Position numbers and translations under genes: made by a program
NCBI GenBank assembly: GCA_023213395.1
Contig: CM041465.1
Coordinates: forward strand, 138,081,741-138,145,740
Direction of reading: 5' to 3'
Length of the DNA: 64,000 nucleotides
From: Cycas panzhihuaensis
Lineage: Eukaryota; Plantae; Cycadophyta
Shown here: piece after piece, positions 27,419 to 39,786 of the stretch
Layout of the letters: each line of letters opens with the position of its first letter
How positions within the stretch are numbered: position 1 is the first letter of the stretch
The notes under the pieces: generated by a model
What the model was told of the DNA's origin: nothing
Database searches by the model: none
Seen by the model: the letters and a program-made list of their open reading frames with translations, nothing else

Positions 27419-28208
27419 TTATGAAGATTCAACATAATAATATGAAGGGAATTTTAAATTCCATAAATTAAACATTAATGGGGAGTGTTGGAATATTAGT
27501 TTTCATAATTATCAATGTAATATTTAATTAGTAGTCTAGTGATGATTGATTAATATGAAAGGTTTTCTCATACTTAATCCAATAGATTGGTATGAGGACC
27601 ATATGTGGAACTCTGATGGCTGCTAGGGTTCGAGGTGACACTAAAGGCCTGTGACTGTTTAGAGTGTTCAGGAAGCTGTGACGAGGCCCTAGGAGGGCAT
27701 GAGACCAAGATTCATCCCCCAATGATGGGAGGGACAGAAGCTTTACACATGTGAAGGATCACATAGAGATCTATATGTTGATCAGGGTGGTGCATACAAA
27801 GATCTAAGCTTTGATTAGGCTGGTGAAATGGAGGGATGAGGCGTGAGTCAGGTGTGTAGGATGGAGGGTACAAAGTACCCAAATATGCTAAAGTTGGTCT
27901 GAATAGCAGTGTGGAGACTCAAGTGGGGTTGGACCTTCATCCAGTAGTGGGCCAAAGCACAAAGATAAAAGGAGAACGTCAGGAGTTGTGCTAGGTTAGG
28001 GTCTCCTCTATTTTTAGAGCTTTGCAAGCAATTGTTGAATGGAGGGTACCCACATTGGGGTGTTTTAAGGTATCCCTATAAGGAACAGTAGTGGGCAGTC
28101 AAAGGAAAGGCTTATGGAACAATATCTTGATAATGGAGTTATATGGAAGCTAGGTGAGTCTTAGACTGTCAGTCTTTATTATGTTTTATAGTGATTTAGT
28201 TTATTAGT

Positions 28209-29590
28209 ATGGAGCAACTAGACCATAAAAACTAGACTTAATCCTCTCCTCTGAGAAGGACATACCTGGATGTGCTGAGAAATGGTGGTGCAAAGGAGTA
28301 TGAAATAAACCCAGTCTACCAAGACAACTGTATAAAAATCCTTGTACCAAAAGACCTAACCGAGAAGATGGAGAAATATAAGAAAAATAGTTTGGTCGGG
28401 AGGTTTTCAGGGCCTAGACTGGGGCTCGATATCATTAAGAAATGGGTGGTGAATAAGTGGAAAACGAAGAATCTAGTGGAGGTAATAGTTATTCCCAAGG
28501 ATTTCTCTCTTTTTAGGTTTGCCAACCAAGAAGATATGATTGGAATTCTCTTAAAATCACCCTAGATGCTTAGAAGAAAGGTAATCATCTTAGAAAAGTG
28601 GCATCCAGACTTTGACCCATCAGTTCCAATTATAAAACAAGTTTCAATCTGGGTCCAGATGCTGGGGTTACCCTTGCAATTTTAGAACCTGGAAGTAGTG
28701 AGAGGGGTGGCTAAAGCAGTAGGGCATCTATTAGCAATAAACTCAGGAACAAAGAATAGAACCCACTTGATAAACACCTAGTTTTTTGTTCTAACAAGAC
28801 TCAACAAAAACATCCTGGAAGAGGTCAGTATTGAAATAGAGGGGTGGAATATTGATCAGAAGTTGGTTTATGAGTTGGAGGGTTTTAGATGCTCTAGATG
28901 CAGATGCTTGGGGCATCTCCCTGTGAAGTGATAAGGGGAACTAAATAAGGATGTGGCTCATGAGAAGTGGGGGCTTAACAAGGCTATTGAGGATCTAGTG
29001 GAAGAAATAGATGTGGGTGATGCCTTGGGGACAAAGGCAGTTGAAACTCCTTAGTCAAATCAAAACGAGGAGGCTTCTATATTAGTGGAAGTTGAGGAAA
29101 AAGAGCAACCTTTAGAATAGGTAGAAGGGTATCAAGGATTAATAACCATGGAAGAGGAATGCCCTAAGGGTGAGGAGAGGAGGACAGAGGAGGCCCTGCC
29201 TAAGGTAGTCAAGAATACTTAGGTTGAGGAAATGAAGGAGATAAACTGGGACGAGGAAGACCATCTCTCAGAGGAAGGTGATGAGAATGATCATCCTGCA
29301 GGTCAGATGGAAGTGTAGCAAGTGTCAATAGTTGTGGGAGAGGACTACCAAGAGGGTGTGGACTGTAGGGCTGAGGGAGCCTAGTATGTGAGAGGGGAAC
29401 AAGAAAGGCCATTTAATGGGGATTGCAGGTGGGTAGCAAGAAGAGCCCTAGACTTAGGAAGCGATAGGAGGGTTGGCAAGCTGTCTAAGAAAGTGATTAG
29501 AGAAAGGGAGGCAGTTTTCCAAATCGACCAAGGGTTTTAGCGAACCCTAAAGGAAGGGGTTATTGAAGGCTTGTTTCTTAGAAGTAGAAG
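28209..29590 (+). pseudogene. LINE 2 ORF1 (DUF4283-like + CCHC knuckle)
   Basis: SLVGRFSGPR...KWVVNKW...FSLFRF, IWVQMLGLPL and FRCSRCRCLGH, with in-frame stops. Confidence 0.85.
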
Positions 29591-29619
29591 ATGACCCTTA
29601 AGGGCTGTCATGAAGGGGC

Positions 29620-32600
29620 ATGTCCATAAGGATATTATCCTAGAATGTGAGGGGTTTGAATGCCCCATCTAAATAGAGAATTGTCAAGAATTTGAGACAT
29701 AAAGTGGGAGGGGATATTATGATATTGTAGGAAATAAAACTTGAGAAGACTAAGGAATCATAAGTGAACAACAAGATCTAGAGGAATGGTGAGATGTTGG
29801 AAAAAGAGGGATCTCTTAGATCAGGAAGTATGGTTGTTCTATGGGACCCAAGCTTTTGGCAGGGGATTGGTATGGTTCAGGAAGAGCATTTCATGACTGT
29901 CTGCCTTACCTGTAGGAGAATAAATATCTAATGGTTAGCCACCAATATTTATGCTCTAACAACAGTGGAAAGAAGAAAGAACTTGTGGGATAGGATTGTG
30001 ACTATCCACAAAGACTAGAAGGGCCCATGGATAGTTATGGGGGACCTAAATACGACCTTATACCTAAGAGAAAAGAAAGGAGGTCAAGAGGGTTCGTCCA
30101 GGAGCATCTCAGACCTGGGGGATTTTTTACAAAGAGGGGGATTGATGGATGTCCCACTTAGAGGGGCTAGGTACACTTGGTCAAATAGGAGATTGGGGAA
30201 CAACCACATCTAGATTAAGTTAGACAAGGTGTTGACAAATTATGAATGTATGAGTCTCCATGAAAACATTAAATTAGAGGCACTACCAAAGGTGGCCTCT
30301 AACCATTCACCTTTAATGTTGGAATTTAATACTTTAAGTATTCATTGAGGGCCCCATTTCTTATTCGAGCTTATGTGGCTGAGGCACCCGAATCTCAGGG
30401 ACAGGGTTAGGGAATAATGGAGTATCCCAATGAAGGGACATGCTATGTTCATGTTCTTAAAAAGTTGAATTGGGTCAAGAGATAGATTAAAGTTTGTAAC
30501 AAAGAAGTTTTTAGAAATATTTTTGAGGCCAAAGGCAGACATCTTGAGGAATTGAATATGGTAGAGGGCAGGATTCAGGAGGAAGGGAAGTCCAATATTT
30601 TGGACTAGATGAAGCATTTGACCACAAAAAACTTGGAATATGTGTTGGCCAAAGAGGAAACATATTAGAAATAGAAATCTGGAGCTCTATAGCTATCAGA
30701 GGGAGACAAAAACACTAAGGTTTTTCATATGTCCATGTTGAAACATAGATCCTATAATAGAATAAACATTCTGTGTAGTGTGGATGGAGTCAATCATGAG
30801 ACAAAAGAGGAAATCAAGGACATTGTGGTGGAATACTTTAAGAACTTATTTGAAGAACCCAGTTGCCAATAGATGGAACTAAGGAACAATCTCATGAGAC
30901 ATATCCCAAAACTAATCAATGAAGTCCAAAATAGAAGGTTGATAGATCCTTTTACATTGGAGGAAGTGGAGAAGGCTCTCTTCAACATGGGCCAAGATAA
31001 AGCTCCTAGGCCGGATGGTTTCCCTCTAGGTTTTTTTGAAGAATTTTGGCATATAATCAGGGAGGATCTAAAACTAGCTTTGGATGCATTTATTGAGAAG
31101 AAAATAATTCTAAAGGAGTGGCAGGTGACGTTTTTTGTGCTGATTCCCAAGAAAGAAGGAGTGAAAGTCATGGAGGACTTTAGAACGATAAGCCTTTGTA
31201 ATGTAAAATACAAAATTTTGGAAAATAGATTAAAGGAATGCTTTCCACTTATCATATTCCCAAATCAGGATGGATTTGTAGAAGGCAGATAAATCTTGGA
31301 CAATATAATAGTGGTCCATGAGACGACTCATTCAATTTACCATAGAAAAGAGGCTGGAATATTGGTGAAAACTGACATGTCCAAAGCTTATGATCGGGTG
31401 GCCTGGGATTGCTTAATGGATTACCTCCAGGCCATTGGCTTTGATGAGGTTTGGAGGGGTTGGATGTGGTGTTGCATATCCAGCTCTTCTTTCTCTATTA
31501 TGGTAAATGACACCTCGACTCCTTTTTTCCCTGGCTTTAGAGGATTGAGGTAAGGGAATCATTTATCCCCCTACCTATTTATCATTATGGTAGAAATATT
31601 TGGGAGGAATGTTGAGGAGGCCGGAAGGAGAGGGTGGGTGACTAGGCTTAAACCTTCATCCAGCATTGACAATGTTGTCTAACATCAGTTCATCGATGAT
31701 AATATCTTTCTAGGTAAGGCAGCCCTAGGGGATGCTAGAGCATTTAAGACAGGGCTCCAGGCCTATGAGAGGGTTATGAATCAAAAAATCAATCTAGAAA
31801 AGAGCTCCATTTTCTTCATCAACACTGTTAATAAGACAAGGTCCTAATAACCTAAAACCACCACCAAGATCTAAACTATTTTGTAACTAGTTACAGGAAT
31901 TAAAACTGAAATTTAACATGCAAGTTCTTAAACTAGAGATAATATAATAAAATGGATTACATATACATTATATATACTTAAGCATCACATATACACCTGA
32001 TATAACATGGTAAAACCAGAGCAGTATGCTAGGGGAAACATCCACAAAGGAAATGTATCGATCTTTATTATCAAAGAATGGAGAAATATACACAATCTGT
32101 AGCAGAATGTTGATAACAACAACAACCAGCTGCCCAACTCTTCACAGTACATCCAATACATAAAACACCATCAACGTAATGAAAAAATACCCTAAATCAG
32201 GCTATATGAGAGAGTCATACAAGGCATAAATATCGACCATAGAATCTAGGGTATTTTTAGTGAATAACCCTGATTCTCTTTACAATTTAGTATGCTTTTC
32301 AGTGCTAGCTTTTTAGGTCAGGGGCTATCACCCCTGAATCCCCTGTTTATAGGGGGCCTTCTAACCCTTCCCTCTCCCAAACCAAAAGGGGCTCTCGCCC
32401 CCCTTGGAACCCCTTGAGGAAGTTTATTGGGGAAACCATGATGCCAACCTGTTAAAATCTTAGCCTCCAAAAGATTGTTGTCACATTATCTAACAAACAC
32501 CCTTGAGAGATTACAAAGAAGGATTAGTAGGGAGATGGAGATCCCTATTAGGACTCTTCCAACCACATACCTGGGGATGCCTTTATTTATGGGAAACATG

Positions 32601-34498
32601 AGTAAGGATCTTTGGGACCCTATTGTGGATAAAATCCAAAGGAAGTTGGCTAGTTAGAAGGGCTTCCTCCTTATTCAAGTGGGAAAATTTTAGTTGGTGG
32701 TGGCCACATTACAGAGCATTCCAGTCTACATGATGTGAATCTTCAAGATTCTAAGCAAGATCATTTTGATCTTAGAAGGCATTTAGAAAAGATTCCTCTG
32801 TTCTAGCATAGAGGATAAGGACAGATTTCACTGGGTTTCATGGGACAAGGTCTGTAGGCCTAGGTGGGTAGGCAGGCTTAAAATCAGAAGGCCAGGGAGG
32901 TTTAACAAGGCTTTGATGGCCAAACTTGGGTGGAGACTGGTGAAAAATGATGGCACCCAGTGGGGAAATATCATTACCAAAATGTACCTAGGGGGCAGAC
33001 ACTTTTTAAAAGATGAGGTGGGGAAAGTTTCTAGTTTCTTTATTTGGAAAGGATTGGTTCATGCGAGATACATTTTAACTAAGGGTATGAGATGGAAGTT
33101 GGGGAATGGGGAAAGCATCAGGTTTTGGGAAGATAAATGGTGTAGAGACTACAAATTAAAGGACAGACCCTCCATTAGTAATCGGTAGGGGTCTGTGAAA
33201 GTACCTTTGGCTCATTAGTTAAGGACTATTGGGTGGGTCAAGGCAAAGACAGAAAGTGGAGATCCTTTAAGGAAATACAAAGGGATCCAAGAGGGGGGGA
33301 TAATATTTAGATCCTTGAGAGGGAACTATACCACTAGTATATTCCCAAAAGGCCATTGGATGATACAATAACATGGACTCACTCCCCCTCTAGGACATAC
33401 TCTGTGTAAGAGGGATGTCAAATTATATGCATGGAGGAAGGGTTTGGTAAGAACCCACTACTAGATCGGGTTTGGAAGTTGGGGCTTATTCTAAAGGCGA
33501 TGGTCTTTTGGTGGCTTTGTCTACATAATAAGATACTAATAATTGATAATCTCCATAGGCGAGGCTTAGCCATGCTAAATAGATGTGTGTTGTGTAAGAA
33601 TGATGAGGAGTCTTTGGATCATATTAGTATTCATTATCCCTTCTCTAGGGGAAATTGGACCTGCATTTGGTCCAATCTTGGGATAGACTAGGTGTTTCCT
33701 ATGACCTTGTTAGATAAATGGATGTTGTAGAAATCACCCTTTAGGAGTAAGACGTTGGGACTACTTTGGAAACTAATTATGCCTATGGCAGTTTGGAATA
33801 TCTGGAAGGAATGTAATAGAAGAATCCTCTAAGGGAAGGAGATGCATAAACCTAGGCTCTATCAAATGACTCGATGAGCAATAGTAGAAATGATTAAACC
33901 TTTGGATGAGGAAGTGGATCTGAATGGGGATGGAAGCATTATGGACTGTTGGGGGATTAGGAGACCTAAGATCATAGGGGTAAAATAGGGGAAGTGATTA
34001 TGGTAGGTGCCTAATGAAAACTGGGTCAAAATAAATTTTGATGTGGCGTCAAAAGGCAACCCAGGTGAGGATGGGGGGGGGGGGGGGGGGGGGGGGGGAC
34101 TATGTAGATACCCAGATGGGTCGATAAGATGGGCCTTTGTAAAATACTATGGTCAACAAATGAATCATAGTGCTGAACTTAATGCTATGTAGAGAGCTAT
34201 AGCTACGACTAACGAGGACAACTATGATAAGGTAATGATAGAACAAGACTCTCTGAATGTGATCAGGATTCTCAAGGGGGATATGGAGGTTGATTGGTAT
34301 AATGTGGACATGGTTAGGGATGCTCAAGACATTTTAAGATCCAAATAGAGTACCTAGATTTGGCATATGTATAAGGAAGGCAATGCAGTTATGGATTGGC
34401 TTGCCAACTGGGTGGTTTTAAATAAGAGAATGAGGGTTTGGAAAGAGAATTTCCTATAGGAGCTTCTGAGTTTGGTTAGATTGGATTTGTTAGCCTAG
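29620..34498 (+). pseudogene. LINE 2 ORF2 (APE, RT, zf-RVT, RNase H)
   Basis: ILS*NVRGLN, KAPRPDGF, KTDMSKAYDRV, HQFIDD, YLGMPL, RCVLCK...ESLDH and WVKINFDVASKGNPG. Mostly nonsense substitutions. Confidence 0.9.
31826..32495. mobile_element. Solo LTR (670 bp) inside the LINE 2 RT region
   Basis: Inverted termini TGTTA...TAACA with a perfect 5-bp TSD AACAC (31821-31825 / 32496-32500). The LINE frame FFINT|LERLQ rejoins across it. Confidence 0.92.
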
Positions 34499-37400
34499 AG
34501 TAGGGAGTGCTAGCTATTGGGCTTCTCATGGCATAGTGAGATAGTGTGGGTTGAGTTATGCTAGGCGATAGGTATGTCATGGTCATTTCCATAGCGGGTG
34601 GGCTACTGTTGTAGAAGGTTCGAGGACTTATCAAAACCCCTTCTAATTTTTTTCCAAATAAAAAAAAAATCTAATAGATTGATATAATGGTGAAATATGA
34701 TTAGATCATAATCTAATAATATATTTATATAAGGACAATACATATTTAAAGAAAAATTATATCACCTAGTTCTCCTTGTGAGGATAAGATAACTCACCAT
34801 ATGGATTATTAATTATTCTTTCTTAATATGAGATCTTGTATATATTTGGAGGTGGTTTTTCTCATTTATAGATTTTTTATATTAAACATAGTGTTACATA
34901 TGGTGTTTGTATAATTTACTCCTTTTATTTCTCTTTATTTATTTATTATATAATTAATTAATTATGATTATATACTTAAACATATATTTTTATATAAGTC
35001 ATTTAAGAAAATTTAACATATTCCCTGCACTTATAATAAGATACTCAACATCATTGTTGTAGTAATCATTTTACCCAAACTAAGTCTATGATTGAAATAA
35101 TTATTTTTTTCTAATTTCTTATCATGTCATATAAGCAACTAGAATCTATAATTCAGGAAGAACATGAAGTATAAGTTGAAAAAGATGAAATATAAGCTAT
35201 TGAAGTAACTTAGTTTAAGATATTAGCATTTAACATTAATAAGCATATTTTCATTATAATACTTTTTAATAATAATGATAAATAGTATAAGCATGTGAGA
35301 GAGAAAATTGACCTAAATGCATTGCATACACTTAATTTCTTTTTTATCTTTTGAAATGTTGCTTTTAATATCATAGATTTTTTCTTTTCTTTTTTATAAG
35401 TTTATTATACATATATTATAATTCTTCTTTTATAAATTTTTATTATAGTGTTAATGGAGATTGCATATAACAGGTAATAAGGGTTTTTAATGATGAATGT
35501 TGAAGATTAAATGTAATGATCTTACAGATCAATACTTGTAAGGAGTATTCTAGAAGAAAAAAGGCCCACTTATGTAAAGATAAGCTTATAGGACTAGTTA
35601 TTTTAAGAACTCACAAAATGAAAAATAGGCCATGCTATTTATTATAAAAGAGAAAACAAAATAAGGAGATTCCTCCTTGTCCTTGCACTTTATTTTGGTT
35701 TGTTTTTTCCTTCTAATTATTGGGATATTTTTTGATTGAATTGATGAGAGAATAAAGTTGCTCTATTGGATGGAAATTTTAAACTTTGTGATTATTTTTT
35801 TATTAAGAAAATTGAGTTTAAATGTAGGATAAAATTTTTGCCTCCTCTAATTAATAGAATTCAAATATGTTACATTGATTCCACTACTATTTCATTGCAT
35901 CTAATTTACCAATAATCATGGAATCAAAGGAATTTTATAGAATCAATTTCACATCCCTTACTTAAGGTGGGAGATTCCTTAAGGAATATAACTATAATCT
36001 ATGCATTATTAATAGCTAGAAGTGAAGTTCTAACTTTTGTATAGACATGAATCTTACTGGATTTGATGGTTTCAAGATACAACACTCTAATCAAAGTTGT
36101 TATTTTTGGGTGAAGGAAATAAAGATGACAAACTATCACTCAATTCTATTATTATGCTAAACCATAAAGATAAGGACATAATATTTTCTTTGGAAGGTGT
36201 TGGTACTCTATCATCTGAGGTAAAGATCTCCCATGAGGTTGCATAAATGTATTAGAACAACCTTTACTAACCTAGAATTAATATTACTTAGAGTAACTTT
36301 GGACCATAATTAACATAGAGGTACCAAGAGAGGACTAAAATAATATACCCTTAGAAAGCTAATATTTGTGATATGCCTCATGTGGTGGTTAGGGTAAGGT
36401 CTAAGAAATTTCTAGGAGCCATGATAAATGAAGAGATATTGCCACAAAATATATTGCTTATATTCCATTTGAAGTGGTTGTAAAGATGAAATGAAGGAGA
36501 TACAAATCATTCAAAGCCTCATTACACACCAAGAATCACTACAAAAGTCTAAAATTAAAAGTCCAAAATTAACTGTAGAATTCTGTGTCAACATATCACA
36601 AAAATGACAGTGCTAAAGTCTAAATGGTTTTTAAGGATTTAATGTATATATTTCCTTCTTAATATTTTTAGAAATTAAATCAAAATTAATAATATCTTAG
36701 AATTTGTATAGCTTTTAACCTACTAGTTGAGGATTGCATGGAGGACTAGGGGTCAAATGTAAAAAGAGATAAATACCATTTTTCCACTCTTATTAAAAAA
36801 ATTATACCTAATTGCACATTTTATCTCATAACCTTAATATATGGATGCAATTTTTAAATTTGCCCAATTCATTAAACTCCCTATTCAAATGGCTTTGAAA
36901 TGAGTGGTTATAAGACCACATTGATTTCTAATTTATATAAGAAAATCAACTCTAAAGTCAAACTAATTTTTTGTAAGAAATATATTTAAAGCAAAAATAT
37001 TAAAATTTAATGCCATCTTGTGCATAAAAGGCTAAAATTAGTGAGTTTAATGTTATCACCCTTCACGGTGACTGATGTTTGAATTAAAGTCATATAAAAT
37101 ACTAAAACTTAAGTAAAAAGTGCTAAGTTAAATGTTTTCTAGTACCTTGCAAGGTGATTGATGACTTATTAAATGATGTTGTTGAATGTTGAGACATGTA
37201 AGTCCTTAAAAAGATATTATAGTAAATTAGTTAAATGTTAATACAAAAATATATAGAAAAATGAGGAAAATTAATATCAAGTAGTAGTTATATAAAGATA
37301 ACTAAAGAAATAATTAATTAGTGAAGGGCATGGTTATGATAATGATAACAACAACAAATAATAGAAAGGGATAATAAAAGACAAATATCTTTTATATATT

Positions 37401-37969
37401 TCCTTTTTTATTTGAGTATGGTTATCTGTTTAGACACTTTTTTTTGCTATAAGAACCTTCCTTGGATGTATGAGTACGATGTGTGGGAGTGTATTGAATG
37501 AAATTATGCTATGTAATAACTTAAGAGCTAAGAATACCTAAGGGCTATTGTGTTAAATGATTTGTAGAAAAATAATATCTTAATGTATTGGCTTTATAGC
37601 ATCTAAGGTAAAAATGAAATTATTGTGCTTGTGGCATTGTTATAACTCTTATTGTTAGGACCACATGTGAGAGTCATATGATTGTACCCTATTTGGTAGG
37701 ATAATTAACTCATTAAGAGAGCCTTGTTAAAGGCTTGATGTCTTGAAATATTTTTAGAATATATGAAACTTGATGAAATAAGCCTTCTCATGAAGATTAT
37801 GATTGGCTTGGTGTGGAGTCATAGTAGAAATAAGGAAGTGGAAAAGAGCATAAGTTTGGTTAGTTAGGTAGTTTGAGATGCCACTAATATTTGTGTTTTG
37901 ATACCACACAGTTATTATACTGGATAAACCACATATCTGGAAGGGTTCCATGGGTAATTTACACTAATT

Positions 37970-39235
37970 TGATACAAAGAGAATAAGAAAGATATGAAAT
38001 ATGCAACCAATAGATTTCTATTATTGATTTGTTCACCAAAAATTATCAAAAGGGACACTTGAAAGGATACTAAAAGATCACCAATTCATATAATATTACA
38101 GCATTACAAATAAACTCTAAATATAACCTTACTATATAAATATTGGGCTTTAAATAGGCAAGAATGGCCCTTTCTCATAGAATTATATCGGTAGGAAGAA
38201 CGACCCTTATTCCTATTGGAGGACATAAGTAGCCCGTGTACATAAGTTTATAGGAAGCTCTAATCATCATGCACCTTGGTCACATGAATTAACAACCCAA
38301 TTTCGCTAGTGGCAGGTGATTATATAATAGGTTGCCCCCTCTTAGATGTTGAGTCCTTGAAGATTATAAGATGAGGGTACTACTTAACAAAATCATTGGA
38401 CTCCCATGTTGCTTCCTCTAGATCACATTCAACCCATTACACAAACTTCTTATAGATGGTTTGGTTTCAAAGATGGCATTGATGGTTGGCAATGATACAG
38501 TTAGGGGGAACTATGAGTAGTTGCTTATCATTGAGGATGGGAAAGGTGGTTTAGGGGGTAATATTCTTTCCAAGGCTTTTTTTAAGGCAAGAGGCATGGA
38601 ATACATTATGGATCCTTATGTTTAATGAGTGTTCAAGTGCATAGACAACTTAACCAATCCTTTTATAGAAATTCACATGGAATATAATAACATAGGCTTA
38701 GCTTGTGGCCTTTGTGGCATTTGAGAGATTGATATTGATATCATTGGAGATACAAGAATGCTAAGTCATCAATGGAGAAATAGCAATCAGAACATGGGTA
38801 GATAGCAAATTGCTTTATACAATTCTAGGCATTCACTAAGTTTTGTTTAAGATTGTATAGATTTAGTCCATCTCTTGGAGTTTTTACTAGACAAAAGTAA
38901 TTCTAAGGTTAATGGCTAGAGTGTTGTGGGACACTAGAGGGTACCCATAAAGAGCCATGAATAATGTTATATAACCACTTATAACTAGAAAAACATGGAT
39001 ATTTATATATATGACTAAGATAGGTGAAGGTTAATATCAATTATTAAAATGTGTGCATGGGTAATATAGGTCCACCAATAGAATTAAAGGTTAACTGCCC
39101 TACAAATAGAATTCCATGAGAAGTAGCCACTTTTTCCTACTTAAGGCTATATGTTTGTAAAGGAAATGTTATACCTTAAGATTATTTTAATATTATACAT
39201 TTATATAACTTTAGTTTTCCTTTTGGTATACTTGT
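37970..39235 (-). mobile_element. 3' fragment of a chromovirus-type Gypsy (integrase C-terminus + chromodomain, PPT, probable 3' LTR ~37970-38329)
   Basis: Minus-strand motifs FMALYGYP, GHKLSLCYYIP (decayed KLSPRYYGP), RIHNVFH and chromodomain WVECDLEEATWE...YPHL, followed by the purine tract AAGAGGGGGCAA. Confidence 0.78.
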
Positions 39236-39786
39236 AAATGTTCATTCTTGTAATCATTTGTGCTTAAGCAATAAATTGAGACTTTTGCTTTATATTTTTC
39301 TCTCTCTTATTAAATATTAGTATAAATTATTGGTTGTAACCATTGCAAGTGGTGCCAATGTTATGTTTATGGATCTATTTGAAGCAACAAGGCATGGTCA
39401 AGAAGAAGCAAATTAATAAGTATAGCATAAAAGTGAAAACTTTTTCTCCCATGGTGAAATCTTTCGGACCCTCTACTTATTTATACTTTTTGTTTTGTAA
39501 TTATATTCTATAATAATTTTATAAGTCCTATAAATTAGTTGTAAACAAAAGGAGTAAGAAAAACTACCGGCAAGAACTTAAAGTGAAACTCCAAATGGTG
39601 CAAATGGAAGAGTTGTTTAAAGGATTACCAGCAGAAGATATCCCCAGAATGTTGTTATTGATGGAAAATCTAGTGAAACAATTACAGTTGACTATTCCTC
39701 TGTCCCAAGTTATTGATTAGATCAAAGGAGGAGTGTTACAGAAGGGAATTACTAAGAGTTTGAAGTAAATCATACCATCATTTGAT

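Larger units (their letters stand above)
27590..34667 (+). mobile_element. L1-clade LINE 2, apparently full length, inserted in the 3' LTR of element B
   Basis: 14-bp TSD AATCCAATAGATTG (27576-27589) / AATCTAATAGATTG (34668-34681), a poly(A) tail, and 5'UTR + ORF1 + ORF2. Confidence 0.92.
17499..35018 (+). mobile_element. LTR element B (~450-bp LTRs, tRNA-Met PBS) with no recognisable coding core; hosts Copia A2 and LINE 2
   Basis: 5' LTR at 17499-17947 plus PBS TGGTATTAGAGC (17948). PPT GGGGAG (27480) then a 3' LTR split as 27486-27589 and 34668-35018, aligning to the 5' LTR. TSD TATTA/TATTC. Confidence 0.85.
2497..35460 (-). mobile_element. Old Ty1/Copia element C, fragmented into 2497-5707, 17452-17498 and 35019-~35460; 5' end not located
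   Basis: Minus-strand motifs: RNase H ISDVFTKP (~2805-2825), RT VLYVDD (~3662-3680), integrase TFIDD and PQ*NG (~4970-5200). The protease reads continuously across the two insertions: *IIDSSCLYDM (35123-35155)...AGNI|TVKNKSISNI*CV|LGFKSNLLFVYQL. There is a decayed gag CxxC knuckle at ~35290-35335. Confidence 0.8.

Noticed and set aside
34072-34098. Poly-G run encoding poly-Gly
   Set aside because: Slippage expansion or homopolymer error at the GNPGxxGGGG motif of the LINE RNase H.
37895-37906. Minus-strand TGGTATCAAAAC, a possible PBS of Copia C
   Set aside because: No adjacent sequence matches the 2497-2688 LTR and there is no CA terminus next to it.
35460-37960. AT-rich tract, possibly old TE or gene remnants
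   Set aside because: I could not recognise any motif, terminus or repeat with confidence.
39349-39362. TGGTGCCAATGTT as a tRNA-Asp PBS
   Set aside because: Only about 8 of 13 bases match and there is no paired LTR.
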